From NCBI GenBank assembly GCA_963924565.1, contig OZ004607.1:29388001-29452000 (forward strand): 64,000 nucleotides of DNA, given 5' to 3'. Numbering within the stretch: the stretch's first letter is position 1; each line of letters opens with the position of its first letter. This document shows positions 1 to 15,200 of this stretch, piece by piece. The translations under genes were made by a program, and so were the position numbers. This DNA comes from Ascidiella aspersa (lineage: Eukaryota). The notes beneath the pieces were generated by a model. It had not been told where the DNA came from, searched no databases, and worked only from the letters and a program-made list of their open reading frames with translations.

Positions 1-3000
1 TTTACTTAGAAGAATACGGTTGAATAATTTTCGGTCCAACTGCTTTGGTAGGATTAGACTGGAGGAATAAGCAAAAGTACAGCAGTGCCTAAGCTCGTCG
101 GTATCTTGGGAATTTAGAATCCCTGTTTGCCTTTCGGGCCTTGAGAAGTAGCCGCCGCTTTGACTTCCCTTGTGCAAATACGCGTATCGCAAACGAAAGT
201 GCAATAACATTTGTTAGTGTGTGCAGAGTGTAGCGAGACGAGCAAACAGTTATTGTAGCGAATTGGAAGTCGAACAATAGCAGACGGGTTGCAGTCGGAC
301 AATATCGTGTCTGGTGGACAAGCGACTTGACAATGGCCCTTATCTGACGCTTGCGAGGGCCGGCGTGCGAAGTGGCATTGCACAAACAGTGCCACAAAGG
401 CCCAGACTTGTTGTTATTACAGCGAATGAATTGTTTCCTGTGGCCAGCGCGCTACAATGCGGATTAAGAAGGCAGCGGAAAGAATATAAGCCGTCGCAAA
501 AGGAACAGAGCTTACCAGTCTCAGTTCGGTTGTATTCAACTTGCAAAGTCAATTCCTTGTTTTTACAAACCCAAGGCGTTGTAACAAACAGTAAAACGGT
601 AAATATTTAGTAACCTAGGTTATTTGGTCGCAAAACCCAGCTTTCGTGCTTGCAGCGTAGTGCATTGCCAGATCGGAATTCGCGAAATGTTAGATCAGCA
701 CAAAGATAGAACGGAACTAAAGAAGCGAAATCCAAACTTTGGACTTTTTATGCCACTCGTGCGCTTTCTTGTCGATCAATTCGGCAAATAAATCGTTAAT
801 TTAACTGCCACCGATCTCCAAGGGGGTCGCCTAGCTGGGTCGTTACCGCGAGCTTGCCCGAGATTTTAAATGACCTTAACTAGGGCAGCTCTCGAGATTT
901 GAAGCTATTTGAACGTATAGTGGGGCAGGTTTTGCGGTCATACTGAACTGTTAAAAAGGCAGAATTCCGGGCAGAAATCTTGATTTTAAATCGTCGTTTT
1001 GTGGCAGAGACCTGGCAGCAGCTAATAAAAGAGTACAGTTGACAGGAATATTTTGCCAAGTATCTTAGATTGGTGTTTGACGGTAGTTCGATTGCGATAA
1101 CAAACATAATTTCGTCGACGCCCGGTCGCACAAGTGCCCAGTTACAACGGTAAATCGAAGTTGCCCCCTTCAACGAGGGTGTGTTCTATGGCAGAGGGCT
1201 GGCGTTGCCAAGTATCTCAAGTGCAATGCCATCGGGGCTCGTTGAACCTAATAGCACCAGGCTCTGTTACCAGCGGATGCGATGCTCGGCTCAATTGAGG
1301 AAAGCTACACTCACACACTGAGGCACGTTACCTCGAATGGTTTAGCGCCGTAGTGGTCGTAATGAGTTTCGCGGCCGAATCCTAGTCGCCAAATCGCCGC
1401 GTTATTGCGCCAATTACCGGCGATTTAAGTTTGTGGAATAGCTTCGTGCACCGCCAAAGGTCGTTTGATATTTTTCGTGTTGCTAGATGAAGGCTCGTTA
1501 GCGACTGAAACGTCGTTGATATCCTGTATTTTTCTGATTAACCGCTACATCATCGTTACACCAGGTTATGACATGATTTTTGCAACAAAGTGTAAGATCA
1601 ACAAAGTGTAAGATCCAAAGGATTTGTAATATTAACGCATAAATTGTCAATCTTAAGGTAAACAACTGTTTATGATTATAATATTATCGCCACCGTTTGT
1701 CTACATTTCAAGTGTGTATAAGACAAAAGAAAAGGCCAAAGCTATCTCGCCTATTGTCACTGGCCAAATTCGTTTTTGTGTCGATTCCCTGTAGGCCGAG
1801 GCTCAAATCTCATTGTCCTTTCGCCGTTCGCTGTTCGACTGTGTCTTGTTTTCGAAAAAGGAGAAAATGCAAGTGGGCCTCGCGGGGCTAGAGACGAAAC
1901 TGTTGCAATGCATTCATGGCTGGTGCAGGCCTCCATTGTCACACCGCTCCACAAAGGGGGCGAATAATTGTCGAACCCCCTCGGGGCTTGAGCTTCCCGG
2001 GGTCGATCAAAATGCGCGCGTCTTTTGTCTTTTATGCGTCACAATGCAACAGTAGCAGGTTATTCGCGTTGCGGTCACCAGGTAATGCAAGGTGTGTATA
2101 CGCGTTAGTTCCAGGTGAAAATAAGTATGCAGAAAATCGACTGTAGAATTAGTTAACGAGAGGCGTGAAATGTGGGTGGAGCGTGAAAAAAAGTATTCAT
2201 CCAAATATCCAAATTCTGAAAAGGTTGCATCCAATAATATTTTTTTTAAAAGATTTGCTGTTTGAAAATGCCTTTTTTTTCGAAATCGTAGCTAAGAGAT
2301 GGCACGTTTTTAGGCCGTGCACAAATTTCGAGTCACGAAATCGCCGATATGCAAAACGCGATCAAGCGTTTTCCATGAAAAATTGCAACGCAACGTGAAC
2401 AGACCGAAGGCAACATCGTTTGGCTCCTTTTTTCTAGGCGAACCAAACGGCGGCCGCTGTCTGCTCATTCGGTTCGGCGGCGCGAAGAAGTATCAGGGTA
2501 GCTCAGTTGCTTAGCCGGGCGCTTCTTGTCAGTCGTGCCCTGTTTTTCGTCAGCAGCGTTGTGTGTCGACAGGTCTATATCGGAGGCTTATGACCGTTGC
2601 AGTTTTTACTGTTTATTTATGCCTCATCTGGTAGACGTTCAAGTTAGTAAGGAACCAGTCGACGTTGATAGGCGGCGTGTACGCTGCGATGAGCCTAGAA
2701 ACGCGAAGACATTTAAACCGATTTCGCTAATAGTTTTTAACAGCAGTTCATTACAGAAAGGCCAGATCCGATAATTTTTGCATTAAGACAATCTTAGGCT
2801 GGGGTGGATAGTACTATTAGGTATGTTAGCTATGATACAAATGAACAGTTGCCGGTTATGATTTATTGCTGTGAGAATCACCGCCTTCGGTCAGGAAGCC
2901 TTTGCATGAGACGTAAGTGGGCCAAGCGAATCATATCCGCCACAAAAATACAGTCGCTTTGGCGGATTTAATACCTAGGGGACCGTTATACGTCTACAAC

Positions 3001-3202
3001 TATACAGTTATCGTTGCCAAATTGTAAGGAGCTCGGTGGATAAAGAAAAAATAGGAGCTAACTCTTATTTTGTTGTGTTGCAGCAGCGAACTTGAGATTT
3101 TTGTGGAATATCAAGAACGCACAAAAAAAACGATTTAGACTGTTTATAAGTGCTACGAGCAATTATACCATCTTGCTTCGTATTTGTGCGAGCGTGAAAA
3201 GC

Positions 3203-6200
3203 ATGATGCAAGGAATATCGCGAATCGCAGCCCACGAAATGTCGCACGACTACTTCATCGAGACTTACGGCAGCTGCTCTCCGTCACCAACCCACAAAGG
3301 TAAGTCAGAAATACCATTTTCAATGAATAGATATTGTAAATAGTCAGGTTTTTGGCGAACATAAATGTTATTTCCTTGTAGTATACAGGCAACATGTATT
3401 GAATGGATTCGTAATCTAAACCCAACACTTTAAAACAGCAATAATGAAAATAATACATTTAACAATAGAAGCGTTTTAAAAAAGTACTGTTTTGATGTGA
3501 ATATTTAATTGTAATATTCTAAAACCGTAGCATAGCTCACCCATATGTTTCAGTCAATTTATCCTGATTGAAAAAATAAATCAGTTTTAAAATTACCCTG
3601 CGCTAATAATAAAACTGTGTCCCAAAGGGTTTCGGGGATTTATCATTTTATTGACACTCGTCCGCGTCTGGCGAATCGCAATAACCAAGCACGCCGTTTC
3701 GAGTTATTGCCTTTCGTCTGCGATTCGCATAATTGCGCCACAAAAGTTACCCCATAAAAGGTGTTATTTCCCCATTTCGCTTGCGCCAGAGGCCTGTGAT
3801 CGATTGCATTTCCAGGCATAGCCTGTGCCACATCACGTATTCCCACCACGCGCATAGCCCTTGCCCCCTTACGCAGCAAACGGGCGGACGTCCAACTTTG
3901 TGCGAGCGGCTTGCCAATTAATTGCGTGCGCTTTTTGCTACTGGTTTGTAAATATTGGCCGCCCGCTTCATTAAGACTTTATTGTTTAGCGCCGGCGACG
4001 CTGATGCCGCTCGCCCCGGCCGCGGACTTATCGAACGAAGAGAGATTTTTGGACGACGAAAGAGCAAGCTCCGACGTGGAGGTATGTTTATGCTACGTTA
4101 ATTTGTATTTTATTAAGAGGTGCTGGGCTGACCTTTAGCCGATGTTTATAGTAAGCGGTAAAATATGTGATATAGGAGGTTAAAAAAGGGATAACTATAA
4201 ACAACGGCTAAAAGTTTAAAGTGACATCGGCTAAAAGTTCAAAGTGAAATTTACAAAAACATTTCTTCTCCTTGTTTTAGAAACGTATTGAAAAGTTGGT
4301 TAAGGCTGCAATGTAAACTGCTGCTTAGTTATGTAAAGGCTTAACGCTATTTTAAAATCGTGTTGCTATTTCAGTGCAACCGCGACGATTTTATCGCTGC
4401 CAGCGACGGATGTTTACAAGTTTACGCGTCTGAGGTTTAGGGAAAGCGATGGGTCCCGATTAAAACTCAGGCTGTGTGTTGGCGGATTTGGTCCGCATTC
4501 TTCGACCGCCGCTGGCCTTTGCTGCTGATAATAAAGGCCTTTCTTCGGCGTAACGCGGCAGTTCTCTTTTCCTGGAAAGCCGCTTAAAATCGGCCTTCTG
4601 GCGAGAGTTCAACGACACCGGATTTTCTCTGGCAACTTACCCGGTATTGCAAATCGCCGAGAGATTAGCAGGCCTCGCGGGAGTGTCGCGCATTAGCCTT
4701 GTAACATTCCTTAACCGCGGGTAACGTTAGCCAGATCACGCTAGCTTGTCGATGTGCTCGGCAGCTGTCAGCTGAACCTGTCGTTGTTGCAGCCCTGGCG
4801 CATGTGTTTTGCTGTTAGGGCGCTCGCCAAATAAGGGTCACCTCGTGTGACGTAGAAGCCCAGCGAAGGTGGCCTCTACTACGTCATCAGAGAGATGTAG
4901 ACAGGCAGACTACACGACTGACAGTTGTACGAAGTAGGCTTCGGCAAATATTGGATTAGGCCCCGGAGATATGTTACAGCTCGTCTCCATATCCTGTCCG
5001 TTAGCGTAAACAAGCGAATTAACTCGCGGCGGTAATTGCGCTTTTAAATTGCCCTTCACCTCAAGCCGCGTCAGTCTTAGAGTTGTGGGTAAGCCGCCCA
5101 GTGTATTGGCAACGCGAGCAAAGAGCCGTAGAAACGGGTTTGACCGGGGATCGTTTACTTAGCGACCCATTACCGATTCTGCACGGCCCACTACCTGGAA
5201 AGAAAGGAACGTGAAATTGTGGCCAATTAGGAGGCCGCGTAAACAAAGCACAGGCAGTGGCAAACTTTGCGTTGGCTGATCAGCCTGTAACTACGATCGT
5301 GGGCTCAGTACAAACGTATTGGTTCGAAGAAAGCAAACAAGGAATACTAGCAGCAGCCTAAAAGCTTGGGCAGGTATAAAAGACAGGGCTTTATTGTTTG
5401 CAAACAGTTGTCCAGTACAAGTCAGTTCATGTCTTCGCTTATCAGCATAAGAAAACTGTTGATCGCTATGGTTTAATAACAACGGTATCGGTTGGAAAAC
5501 TGTTGCTTTCTAAATGTTCACGATTCATAGCAGCAGCGCATATGCATCAGCGTTACGCAGCGGTATCGACAAGTGTTTGTTAACAAGGCGTCCAATGACA
5601 TCCGCGCGGATTAGAACGGCGTCGCCTTAACCAAAACAAACCGCGCACTGGAAAAGCGATCGGTCACCGCGCGCTCCTATACGATAGCAAACGGTGAGAT
5701 GCGATTTCGAAGGTGTATATTCTCGGAAGGCCGTCGTCGAGCTTACACGTAGTAGCAGGGGCAATCGAGGCGACGTGAAGTACGACTTGTGTGAACGGCC
5801 AATGTCCGCATTTTCGCTCTCGTTGACGTGTTTACGGTCTTGAATGTCACGTCGTATTGGTTGAAACCTCTCGAATCGCGCCCCACGCACCTGACTCTGT
5901 CCATTCACAGTTGTACGTAAACAGCCGGCGATCTTGGCCACGTATATGGGATCAGATTAACCGAGTGCAACACGGAAAAGTAAATCTCTTTAAAACCGTG
6001 ACCCCCAGATCGCTGATTCCGCAGCCCAGCGCTCGAATGTCTCCACGAATGAGCCATTTATTCGAAATCTCTCGAGCCTTTAAAATATGACAGAACGCTT
6101 CCGTTTTAAGGCGAAATGGGCTGGGATGGCATGGGCTGGGAGGGCGACCTACCGACACAGACAACGTTAGAGTTACAGCTATGAAGGGGGATTGTAGGTT

Positions 6201-9200
6201 TTCCTACGTAACTTACTCATATTTTGCCAGGTTTTCTTTTTAGGTTTCCTTTTTTCTGAGCTTTATCTTATCCGTTAGCTAGTGTAAGGGGTCGCTCTAA
6301 ATAGCTAAGCGTTTTAAGAGTCGTATTTTTTTCTAGTCGCGAAAATGTGATGAAAACAGAAGGGATGGGTCGTTTTTCAATGGCGGGGTTTCAAATTAGG
6401 ACTGTTTTGAATAACAGCCTACCCTGTGTTGTGCCGTATGGTAAATATTTTCAATAGGTTGAATAGTTTACACGTAAATGCTCACGTAAACCCCGAAAGG
6501 TTCCTCGCGCTTAATCGTTTCAATTTCCCTTGGGTTTAATTTTAACCCGGGTCGTGATAAAGGACGTTAGTGTTTTTGAGCCACATCCTACAGCGGCGAT
6601 GTCCTGTTTTGACCGACTCTAATTTTTCAAGCTTCAATGCTGGGTAATCCTGGAGTGCGAATTTCCCCGCGATGGGTTTTCACCCCTTGGTCAGTTTTTA
6701 GGTGACGCTGGTAAATAGCCTGGAGGCTCAAAATGGCGCAACGACAATTGCGAGTAGGGGTTAGGCACATGACAAATCTCGCGTGCGCTGGGGCGTGAAG
6801 TATGACTTCCCCTTTTGGCTTTTCCGATTTAAACAGTGGTTTAACAAGTCTATTGCGCTTTTGTGGATCGTTGCCAATCGAAGTCACAAATCACGAGTTT
6901 GGCGTCTGTGATACGAGTCTTCTCCCACCGACATGTCACGTCATGATTTCGCCTTAGCCGAGCAGTGACAGCTGTGCGATATTTCTAACGTCACGTTGTA
7001 GGTGGAATTGGAAAGTATGACGTCATTTTCCAAGAAACAATAAAAGTATTTAAATTTATTTGTTTGACACAGTTTTGAGAGCTATAAATAATACTGTGCA
7101 GCCAGTTTGCGATAATGTGGGTTTTTTCGTATTCATCAACGCATAAAGAACAAACAGGGTGTTTTATGCTTCACCAAAATGTTTCGTGTATTTCAAAGCC
7201 AAAGACACTCGCCCTTGACTGGTTACGCCTAACCAAAGCGTGTTCCAAGCTGACTGGATTGTTGGAGGCCGCGGTCGTTCTTGGGCCTACGCACCAGCAG
7301 CACCTGTCGCGCTGTACTTGTTCGACGGGTATTTTGTACAGCACACGTCGTTCGGTTAGTTAAATTGCGGCCGACGCGGTTACAGCGTTCTGTTCACGGC
7401 CAGCGCATTTATTGCCCCCCGAAAGCGTCGTAAAGGCGCCTTGATTCCGCCGCGCCTGACCGGCTTGTGATGCTTGGAGCTGCTGCCAGTTCACGCCTCC
7501 GACGCGGCGCATTTTAAGTTCATGCGAAGCTGTATACACGTCAATCGCCCGACTCTAGAAGGTTCAAGGCTGTTTGTAGCAGTAGAATGAAAAGTAGACG
7601 TGGAATGAAAGTAGAAGGCCTTTTTGACACCGTTTTGAGTTATTCTAATTCATCCTGGCGAGGTGTCCGTTTGTAAGTGGCGTGTCAATTGTAGTTATTA
7701 GATTAACACAAAGTCGCTTTTTAATATAACATTCAACAGAATTGAACAAACCGTGGTAACATACCACACCTAATGTTTCTTAAGATAGCATCGCCGCTTT
7801 TGGTCATACGCTTTCCTTTATAAACTGTCGTGTATTTGTGTGTATTCCGACACTATTACGTAACGAACTCGAACGCAATCACCTTCTTACGGTATAAAAC
7901 CACCCACGTATATCATGAAGTAATCATTTAATTATGTTACTTTAAATGGAGCAAGGCGGTTGGCTTTCACTATTCGCTCTTGGGAGAAGCGCAAAGATAA
8001 ACAACAGCTCGGCCTTTCGCGACGCGTTACTAAATCGAGCGACTCTGAGCTTACTGTTTGGTCGTCAAACTAATTTCGAGCCGGTCGTTTTTACAGCGGC
8101 GCCCCTTTAAAATCTGGGTCGGGTCGCCCTTGAGAGAAACAAGTACGATGCGAAAGAAACAAACAGCTGTATATTCACCGTAGAGTAAGGTTGCAATTTA
8201 GGCTGTGTACAGTTCAACGTCTTTGTAGTTCTAGTCTTGGTTGTTGGCCTATAGGCTTATAACGCCGTAGTCGCTGTTTCAGTTGTTTTGAAACGAGTTT
8301 AACATTTGGTAGAAAACAGTAGACAGTAGGGTCACCAACCATCCCCGAGTTCGTGGTAATTTGCCAAAACGACTGCAGGCTGTGGCGATCATTACGCCGA
8401 TTGCATGTCACGATTAGTGTCTAACATTTCGCCCTTGCCAATTGGCAAACCCTGGTTGCATCCAAGTTGCCTAAGACAGTCAAAGTCCAAGCTATAGCGC
8501 GCAAAATTTTCTTTGCTTGGCGCCTACAATGAGCTTTCGGAATTAGCTGGGATTACAACTTGAAATTCTCCGTTTGTCTTGGCCACTTACGGTCCCCTAC
8601 TTAGTAGCGCGGGTCAAAGTGTGAATGGGCGACGTGCTGGACGCGACCCTGGCCGAACCGCGCTTGTTTTCGTTACGCAAAGCGACAGGGGAAGCGAAAT
8701 TGATGGCCCTGCGACCTGCAAGGCAATGGCCGCTTAGGAGACGTTTGCAAAAGGCCCAATCAGTGCGTCGTGATTCATCGTTGCCGCAAAGGGCAGATTA
8801 ATAGCCCGTATCGCCAGTTATTGCCTTTGCTCGCTTGTTTACGGCCTCTGACGAGTTCGCTAGTGCATATAGCTATCAGGTGCAGCGGCAATTAATTGGC
8901 AGCAATGCAGATTTGATTTGTGGAGTATTGGACCTGCTCGATGGACGCTAATGCCTTTTGTCTTTTTGTGCAGAAAGTAACCAGTAGGAGAAATAGATAC
9001 AGCAAGAAGATGAAGCATCACGCCACCAGGGAACCACTAAGAGCCACCAGACCACACGGTAAGTGGCAGAGCGTCGTTTTGCGACTATAAAATTGATATT
9101 AACCCGGGGTAAATCGGCGATCTCCGCTCGTTACAACACATGATTAAACTTGATAGCCTAATATTGGACACGTGCGTGAACTATATATGATAAAACGCTT

Positions 9201-12200
9201 GCGGCTTGGAGATTTGCCGAAAGTGAAATAAGTTCTTACTCATTGATGACGATGCGCGGTAATTCGCAATAACCTAACAGCCTCAATCAATACGCCATTT
9301 ACAAGATATCGTAAACGTATTTCCTCCACCCTAACCACTTTTACCTTCCTCCACTTGCAGGCTCCCAGTACCTAAGCATGAGCCAGGAGGACATTCTCTC
9401 CAGCGTCGAGGCGAGTCCCGGACCTACCTCATCCGCATCCTCATCATCTTCTACGTCATCAAGGAGGACCACCAAGTTCCAGAATATCGCCAACCGACTG
9501 GCGCGTCGCAGCTTCCGAGTCGTCCCGAAAAAGAAGACAGTTGAAGGACCGTCCCACTCCGAACCCCTCAGCACGCGACCCCCCACTCCCAACCGCCTGG
9601 GGGCGTTTCTATTCAAACGCAGCAAGAGCGTGTCCCGTCAGCCACCTGCCGAATGCACTAGGTAAGCTTACCGGGTTAAAGGTCGTTTTTCTTATAAATA
9701 AATGTAACTGTTGGGTACTAGTTACTATAAGGAGATACAAGTTTCATGGTCGTGCGGTTTTTGCGAGCCAACTTTTTAATGTTTGAAATGTCTTTCAACA
9801 GAGCCAGTTAATTTAGAATTAACGTTTGACAAATAAAACCCTCATTTAGGATTTAAAAGATATACAGCTATCATCATAGCCTTGTATCGGTCAACATTTT
9901 AGGAGGGGAATAACGCATGGTCTGCCTTATGGCTCTAATAATGAGCGTGTTTCAAATCCTACGCATCGCCCGTATATATGCTACGACTGCTACGTGCTGT
10001 ACGCTGCATGCAAATGGCGGCATGACGAAGACATTTGTGCAGCTATTGGAGAGTTTCTGGAAACTCGGAATTAGCTTTAATTATGCAATTGACTCAAGCA
10101 CGCGCGGTAAAATCCCAAATCGTGGTGACCGCGCTCGCTAATGGCTTTGAGTATCCGCTTTTTCTACCAATAAATCGCCAAAACAACAGTCGATTAGGAG
10201 CACAGCTGCTGTGCCGTCGGCAAACCAAGATTTTCGCGTATGGTCATAATTGCAACTTCGCAGCCTAATGGCTAAGGCTAAACTTGAGCGCCTTAATTGC
10301 CAACGTCGATCGTGAGAGCAGGCGAAATTACGTGACGTATGTTGGGAAACCACAAGGTAGCCTGGGCCTATGTTATACATGATTGCACCTGCGTTAAGGG
10401 CCATTAAACTGACGCTGTAGGTGCCTTCCTCCGTTGGGTTTGTTCGGGTTTGTAAGCAACACACGCTAGATCCATTCCAGGGGTGAATGATACGTAGCAT
10501 ACAAGCTACCATATTTACTTTCATTGAAATTGCAACGCTGGTTATCCGCAAGCTTCAGTGTATTGTCAACCGTTCTAACAGGGAAGCTTTATTTTTCAGC
10601 TTCCGAATACTTTCCGACGACGAACAGCTTTCTTCCGTCCGCCCCGTCGCCTCAACCCCGTCCAGACCCCAGTCACGTGCCGACCGCAGGTCAAGGGTCA
10701 CGCGCAGCATGAGCATGTCGCCGTCGACGTCACTCCTCGTCAAGCCGGTAAGGGTGGGGTGACTTTCTCGTGTCTGCCTGTAGTTTGTGACAGATCGAAA
10801 TACTTCGATTATAGTTACGTTAGCAGTTTGCCTCGGACGCTTAATTTAAAGTACAATAAAACTGCCTCGAAGTTCAAACACGAGACAAAAACGGGGTAAT
10901 TTCGCCGCAGCAGTGACAACGCAGTAGTGATTTCGCTAATGTCCATCGTGACGTGATATAACAAAAATTCAAATTTTTAAGGCGAAAAGCTAATATCGCA
11001 ATTAAATTAATTCAGTTGACCTTAAGGAAATCGTTTTGATATGGCCTTTATACTCCAGTAAAACAGTTTACTATACGATTTTAAAAGCGCCAGGAATCAT
11101 TGATTTCAAAGAAACTTCTATGTATTTTGCACCCTGGGTGCGTTTACCATGTCCGTAGTGTACGTGCCGTTTTCGCGTTGAGACTTTTAGGCTTAAGTGA
11201 ACAAAATCGAATTTTGATCCTAACCTACGGGTCAGAGAGTAAAGCTAAAAGTGTTAACTCGCCAGGATCGATCGTATTTGGCCACAAGCGACGCTTTATT
11301 TTACGCGCTAACCGTGTGCGAAGTGCGCGTTTCGGTGGACGAGATAGACCATAGTTTTCGACGGGCACAATGGCCCAGTCTACATTCAAAGTCGCCCAAC
11401 TGAAACGGCGTTCCTCTTCGCAGAAGAATTTACAGCCGTCCAAGCGTCACAGCGCCTACGCGCCCAACGACTGGGAGACACTGTCTGACGGCAAACAGCA
11501 GCAGAAGGACACAATTTGCGACGGGGCCGAGATGGTCCAGGGCCAGGGTGGCAAGGAGGACATCTTGCAACAGATCCTGGAACAAAAACAGCAGATCTTG
11601 GACGAGCAGCGGCGCTTTCGCGACGAGGTGACTGTTTGACTTTGCCCGTCCTTGTACAAACACGCTAAAGTTCGCGCCGCAGAGGCATTTTCTAGCTGGT
11701 GTTTATCCACAACTTGTAGATCGCAGTGACGCGGCATAACCGGGATGCCGGAGGGTTACGGCCGTTTCCGGGCCTCTAAAAGGCCTTAGCCCTTCACGGT
11801 GTCTTTTCCTATGTTTACTTTCGCCAAGGCATGTTTGGAAAATCGCGAATTTTATAACGGCGTGGCATTTGTCCGAGCAAACAAGTTGCCTTTACGAATC
11901 CATTTGTTGGCCTTGTTTTCTCCCGAGCATTTTGTGGTTTGCCATGTTTTTGTATTAACCCTGGAGCTTTCGCAGGTCAACCCGTCTCGGGTCCGACAAG
12001 GCGACTCGGGCAGCGAACTCGATGTGACAAGAAAATACGAGTCGATACGCCAGAACGAGGAAACGCGAGTCGTGGCAATCGTCGCCCTTCTCAACAGGTA
12101 AAAACATAACGGATATATATTTACCAACGTTTTGTCAATCGCCGGCTCCTTTATTTTTTTTCGGTGGTACAAACGTATTTTTACCAAGTACAGCAACATG

Positions 12201-15200
12201 GCAATGTGACCATCCTGCTCATTTGAAATCTAGATACTTGACATTTTATTCCGATAAGTATATACCAAATGATGTAATATGTAGATGAAAATGAAAATGT
12301 TAAAATATAATTTTTTCATGTTAAAATTTGCTTTAGCCCTAAGAAGTTTAGCTACCATCGGTTGTCAACCTACTATTTGTTTTTGATAAATTCACCTTTC
12401 AAATACATTCACTTTTTTGTGAAAAAGAGTAGTATATATTTGACCATCTCCCAACTAGAACACTTATTTTGTGTAATTTGTACATTTCCGACATTCCTAA
12501 TGGATAACAGGCGCCTACTTTGTACATCATCCATGTCAATGGTTGCTTTTTGCAGATAAAATTGCCCTGAAAGCCTACTATAAGCCTTTTCGTGGTTTCG
12601 CCTTTTATGCACCGCATGCGGATCGTATCGATAAACATCGAAATCGGTCTGAAAGAGTTTTCGTGAAGCCGACGCGATTCGGCACGCAATCTCAAATCTT
12701 TGCCAAACATCGGCGCGCTGGTAAAATGGAAGTGATCACTGGTAATCTGTTCGCGCGATGTTTGCCGATAGCAAACGCAAAGCGAACTCGTTATGTGTGG
12801 TGCGGGCAAGTGCTAACTGGACCGTCCAGCGTAATCTCCGGGATGCTGGTTTCGAGCTTTAGTGCTCGCCTTACCAGCATTATACGGCATACTTTGTTCC
12901 GTCGTAAAATTGCCGCTGCGTTTTTTACCGGATTCTGTTGAACTAGTTTTTCTGTTTTGGCCAGTGAATGACGACGATTGTAAATGCCGGCAATCAGGGT
13001 TTCATCAAAACCTGGTGGTTCATTTTTTAATCTTCTGATTATGCCGTTTTTGCTTGGTAATGTAAATAATCCCGCCGTTAAAAAAGGATTTGATGCGTAC
13101 GCGAAGTATTTCTGTAAACTGGCCATATATTTGCTCGAGTAATTTTTTTGTCCAAGAGTACTGGCACCACCTTTCGCAAACACCATTTCGACCCATTGTT
13201 GACAGAATCTGTAGTCGTATAGTTCTCGACCCATCGAAACGTTTTTTATATCGTAAACAACCGGAAAACCGAAAAACGTGCCCATCAACCCGCAATTAGT
13301 TTATCCGCGGCTAGGCTGGCCAGCTTCCGGACATGAAATGCTCGTTTTGCCCTTAAAAGGCGCCCGTCTAATTGCACTCAACGACAATATCTGCATACAG
13401 TTGGTTTACAACGCATAAAAAGCCTTATATTTTCAGGCTTTGTCACTCAAGTTTCATGAAGTTTTTTTAGACTCCAAAACGTCATTCAAACTGTGTTACG
13501 TTTAATGTATTCTGAAGTATATAAATCGTAGTGTGGAGGCTTCAAATTAAATTCAGGATTTATTCCGAATATTCACCTTTCAAATTGAGATTTTCTGCTT
13601 TAGTTTAACGTACATTTTTTCATCCCGTATCCAAACTCCAACATCCCTTATTCACAGACGTAAAAACTCTCTTCGAATCAAATGCGACCGTTTCGAGAAG
13701 GAACTACAGGCCAGCAGCCCCACGGGAACTACAGACAACAACAGCAGCAAAGAAGTGTCCAACACCGCCGCCGACAGGCTCCGGTTCGTTAAGGAGCGGG
13801 CCCGTGCCTTTCGGCGAAAATTAACGGTCGTCGAACAATGCATCGACGAACAAAAGGACAAAATGCAGGTGAGAACCAAAGTCGTAATTGCGACCTCGTC
13901 CGCTACGGCGTCAAAGCATCCGCCTTGCTGCCCATCACCACCGTTTGGTCTTCGCGTTAAGCCGCAAATTCGAGGTTGCGGGCTGCCGCTTTATACTCGT
14001 GGCCGAGAGTGAGCGCTTAACCTTTTGTGCGAAAGTTCACCGCTCGATTGAGCCTTAAAGCTACCGGCGAATCATCTCGAATAAAACGAGCTCAGGTCGC
14101 TGAGATAGGCTTATTTTTTCAGCCACTTGGCGAAACAAAATACCAGCTAATCGCTCGGATATGCGATTGAGTGTGAATAGAAAAGCAAGCTATTTTCGTA
14201 TTTTAAGAAATTGTTAATTTAAAACTTTATTACCCCAAGCACACAAATTGTTGTTGAAGTGATTTATAGGTCAAATAACTCACTTAAAATCGTTCACCCG
14301 AATGTTAATCGTGTTAAACTTAAAGTTGGCCTTGACCACACATTTCAAGGTAAATTACCATTTTTGCCTTGACGACACATTTCAAGGTAAATTACGATAT
14401 TTTGTAGGTTATATTTTTTTAAAGTTTAATCCAAGAGACTCGCCCTTTTACAACTGGCAACTAACGCCAATATTCTATTCGACTTTTCAGCTCTCCGCCG
14501 CCAAGCTTGAACTCAAGTGCTGCGTCGAGCTTTTCCAGATGGGCCTAGCCAACGACGAGGCCGTCCTGGCCAAACGGGGTGCCCTAGCCCGGCGCCACAC
14601 TGGGCCGGCCAAGACCAGCTCGCGGCCCACCCTGAAGGCTGCCTCCTCCTGTGACACACTGGGCTCCGTGGACGACACTTCGGTGTTTGAGGATTCGACT
14701 CCCGTCTCTGACTTCTCCCTGGTGAGTGACTATATGATGACTGTGGTTTGTTCAGTTGTGAATCACGCCATGTTGTAACGCCGTTTAAGGCATTTTTTCT
14801 GAATTGGGAGAGACACTCGTTTACCGCAGACCACTATAGTAGGTGAGGTCATAAACGATTAGCGCGTATAGCTTTTAAAATGCCCATGTTGGGATATACG
14901 TTTAGTACTGTATAAGTAGTTGCTATCGGGCATCGTAATATTTTGTTGGTGTTTTCGTCGACATATTGATCTAATTGACGCACTGTCTTCGCCAAGGCTA
15001 TATTTGTTGGAAATTTTAAAAAGGTGCGTTGAGCTATATTGAGAAATGGAATTTTGTTTGTCAAATCACTTTAAGGGCGTCAAGATAAAAAAAAAACATG
15101 ACGTCCATGCTTTAACATCTTCCAATACATCAAGCCGCTAATTGAGTTTCCCGACGCAATGGTAGCATATTGCGACGCGAAATCTAACATGACTTTCTCA

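Noticed and set aside
2496-2525. TAGCTCAGTTG, like a tRNA A-box
   Set aside because: No B-box and no cloverleaf.
12791-13288. 165-aa minus-strand ORF inside a gene A intron (possible nested gene)
   Set aside because: It has a non-ATG start, no recognisable motif and no supporting splice structure; consistent with chance.
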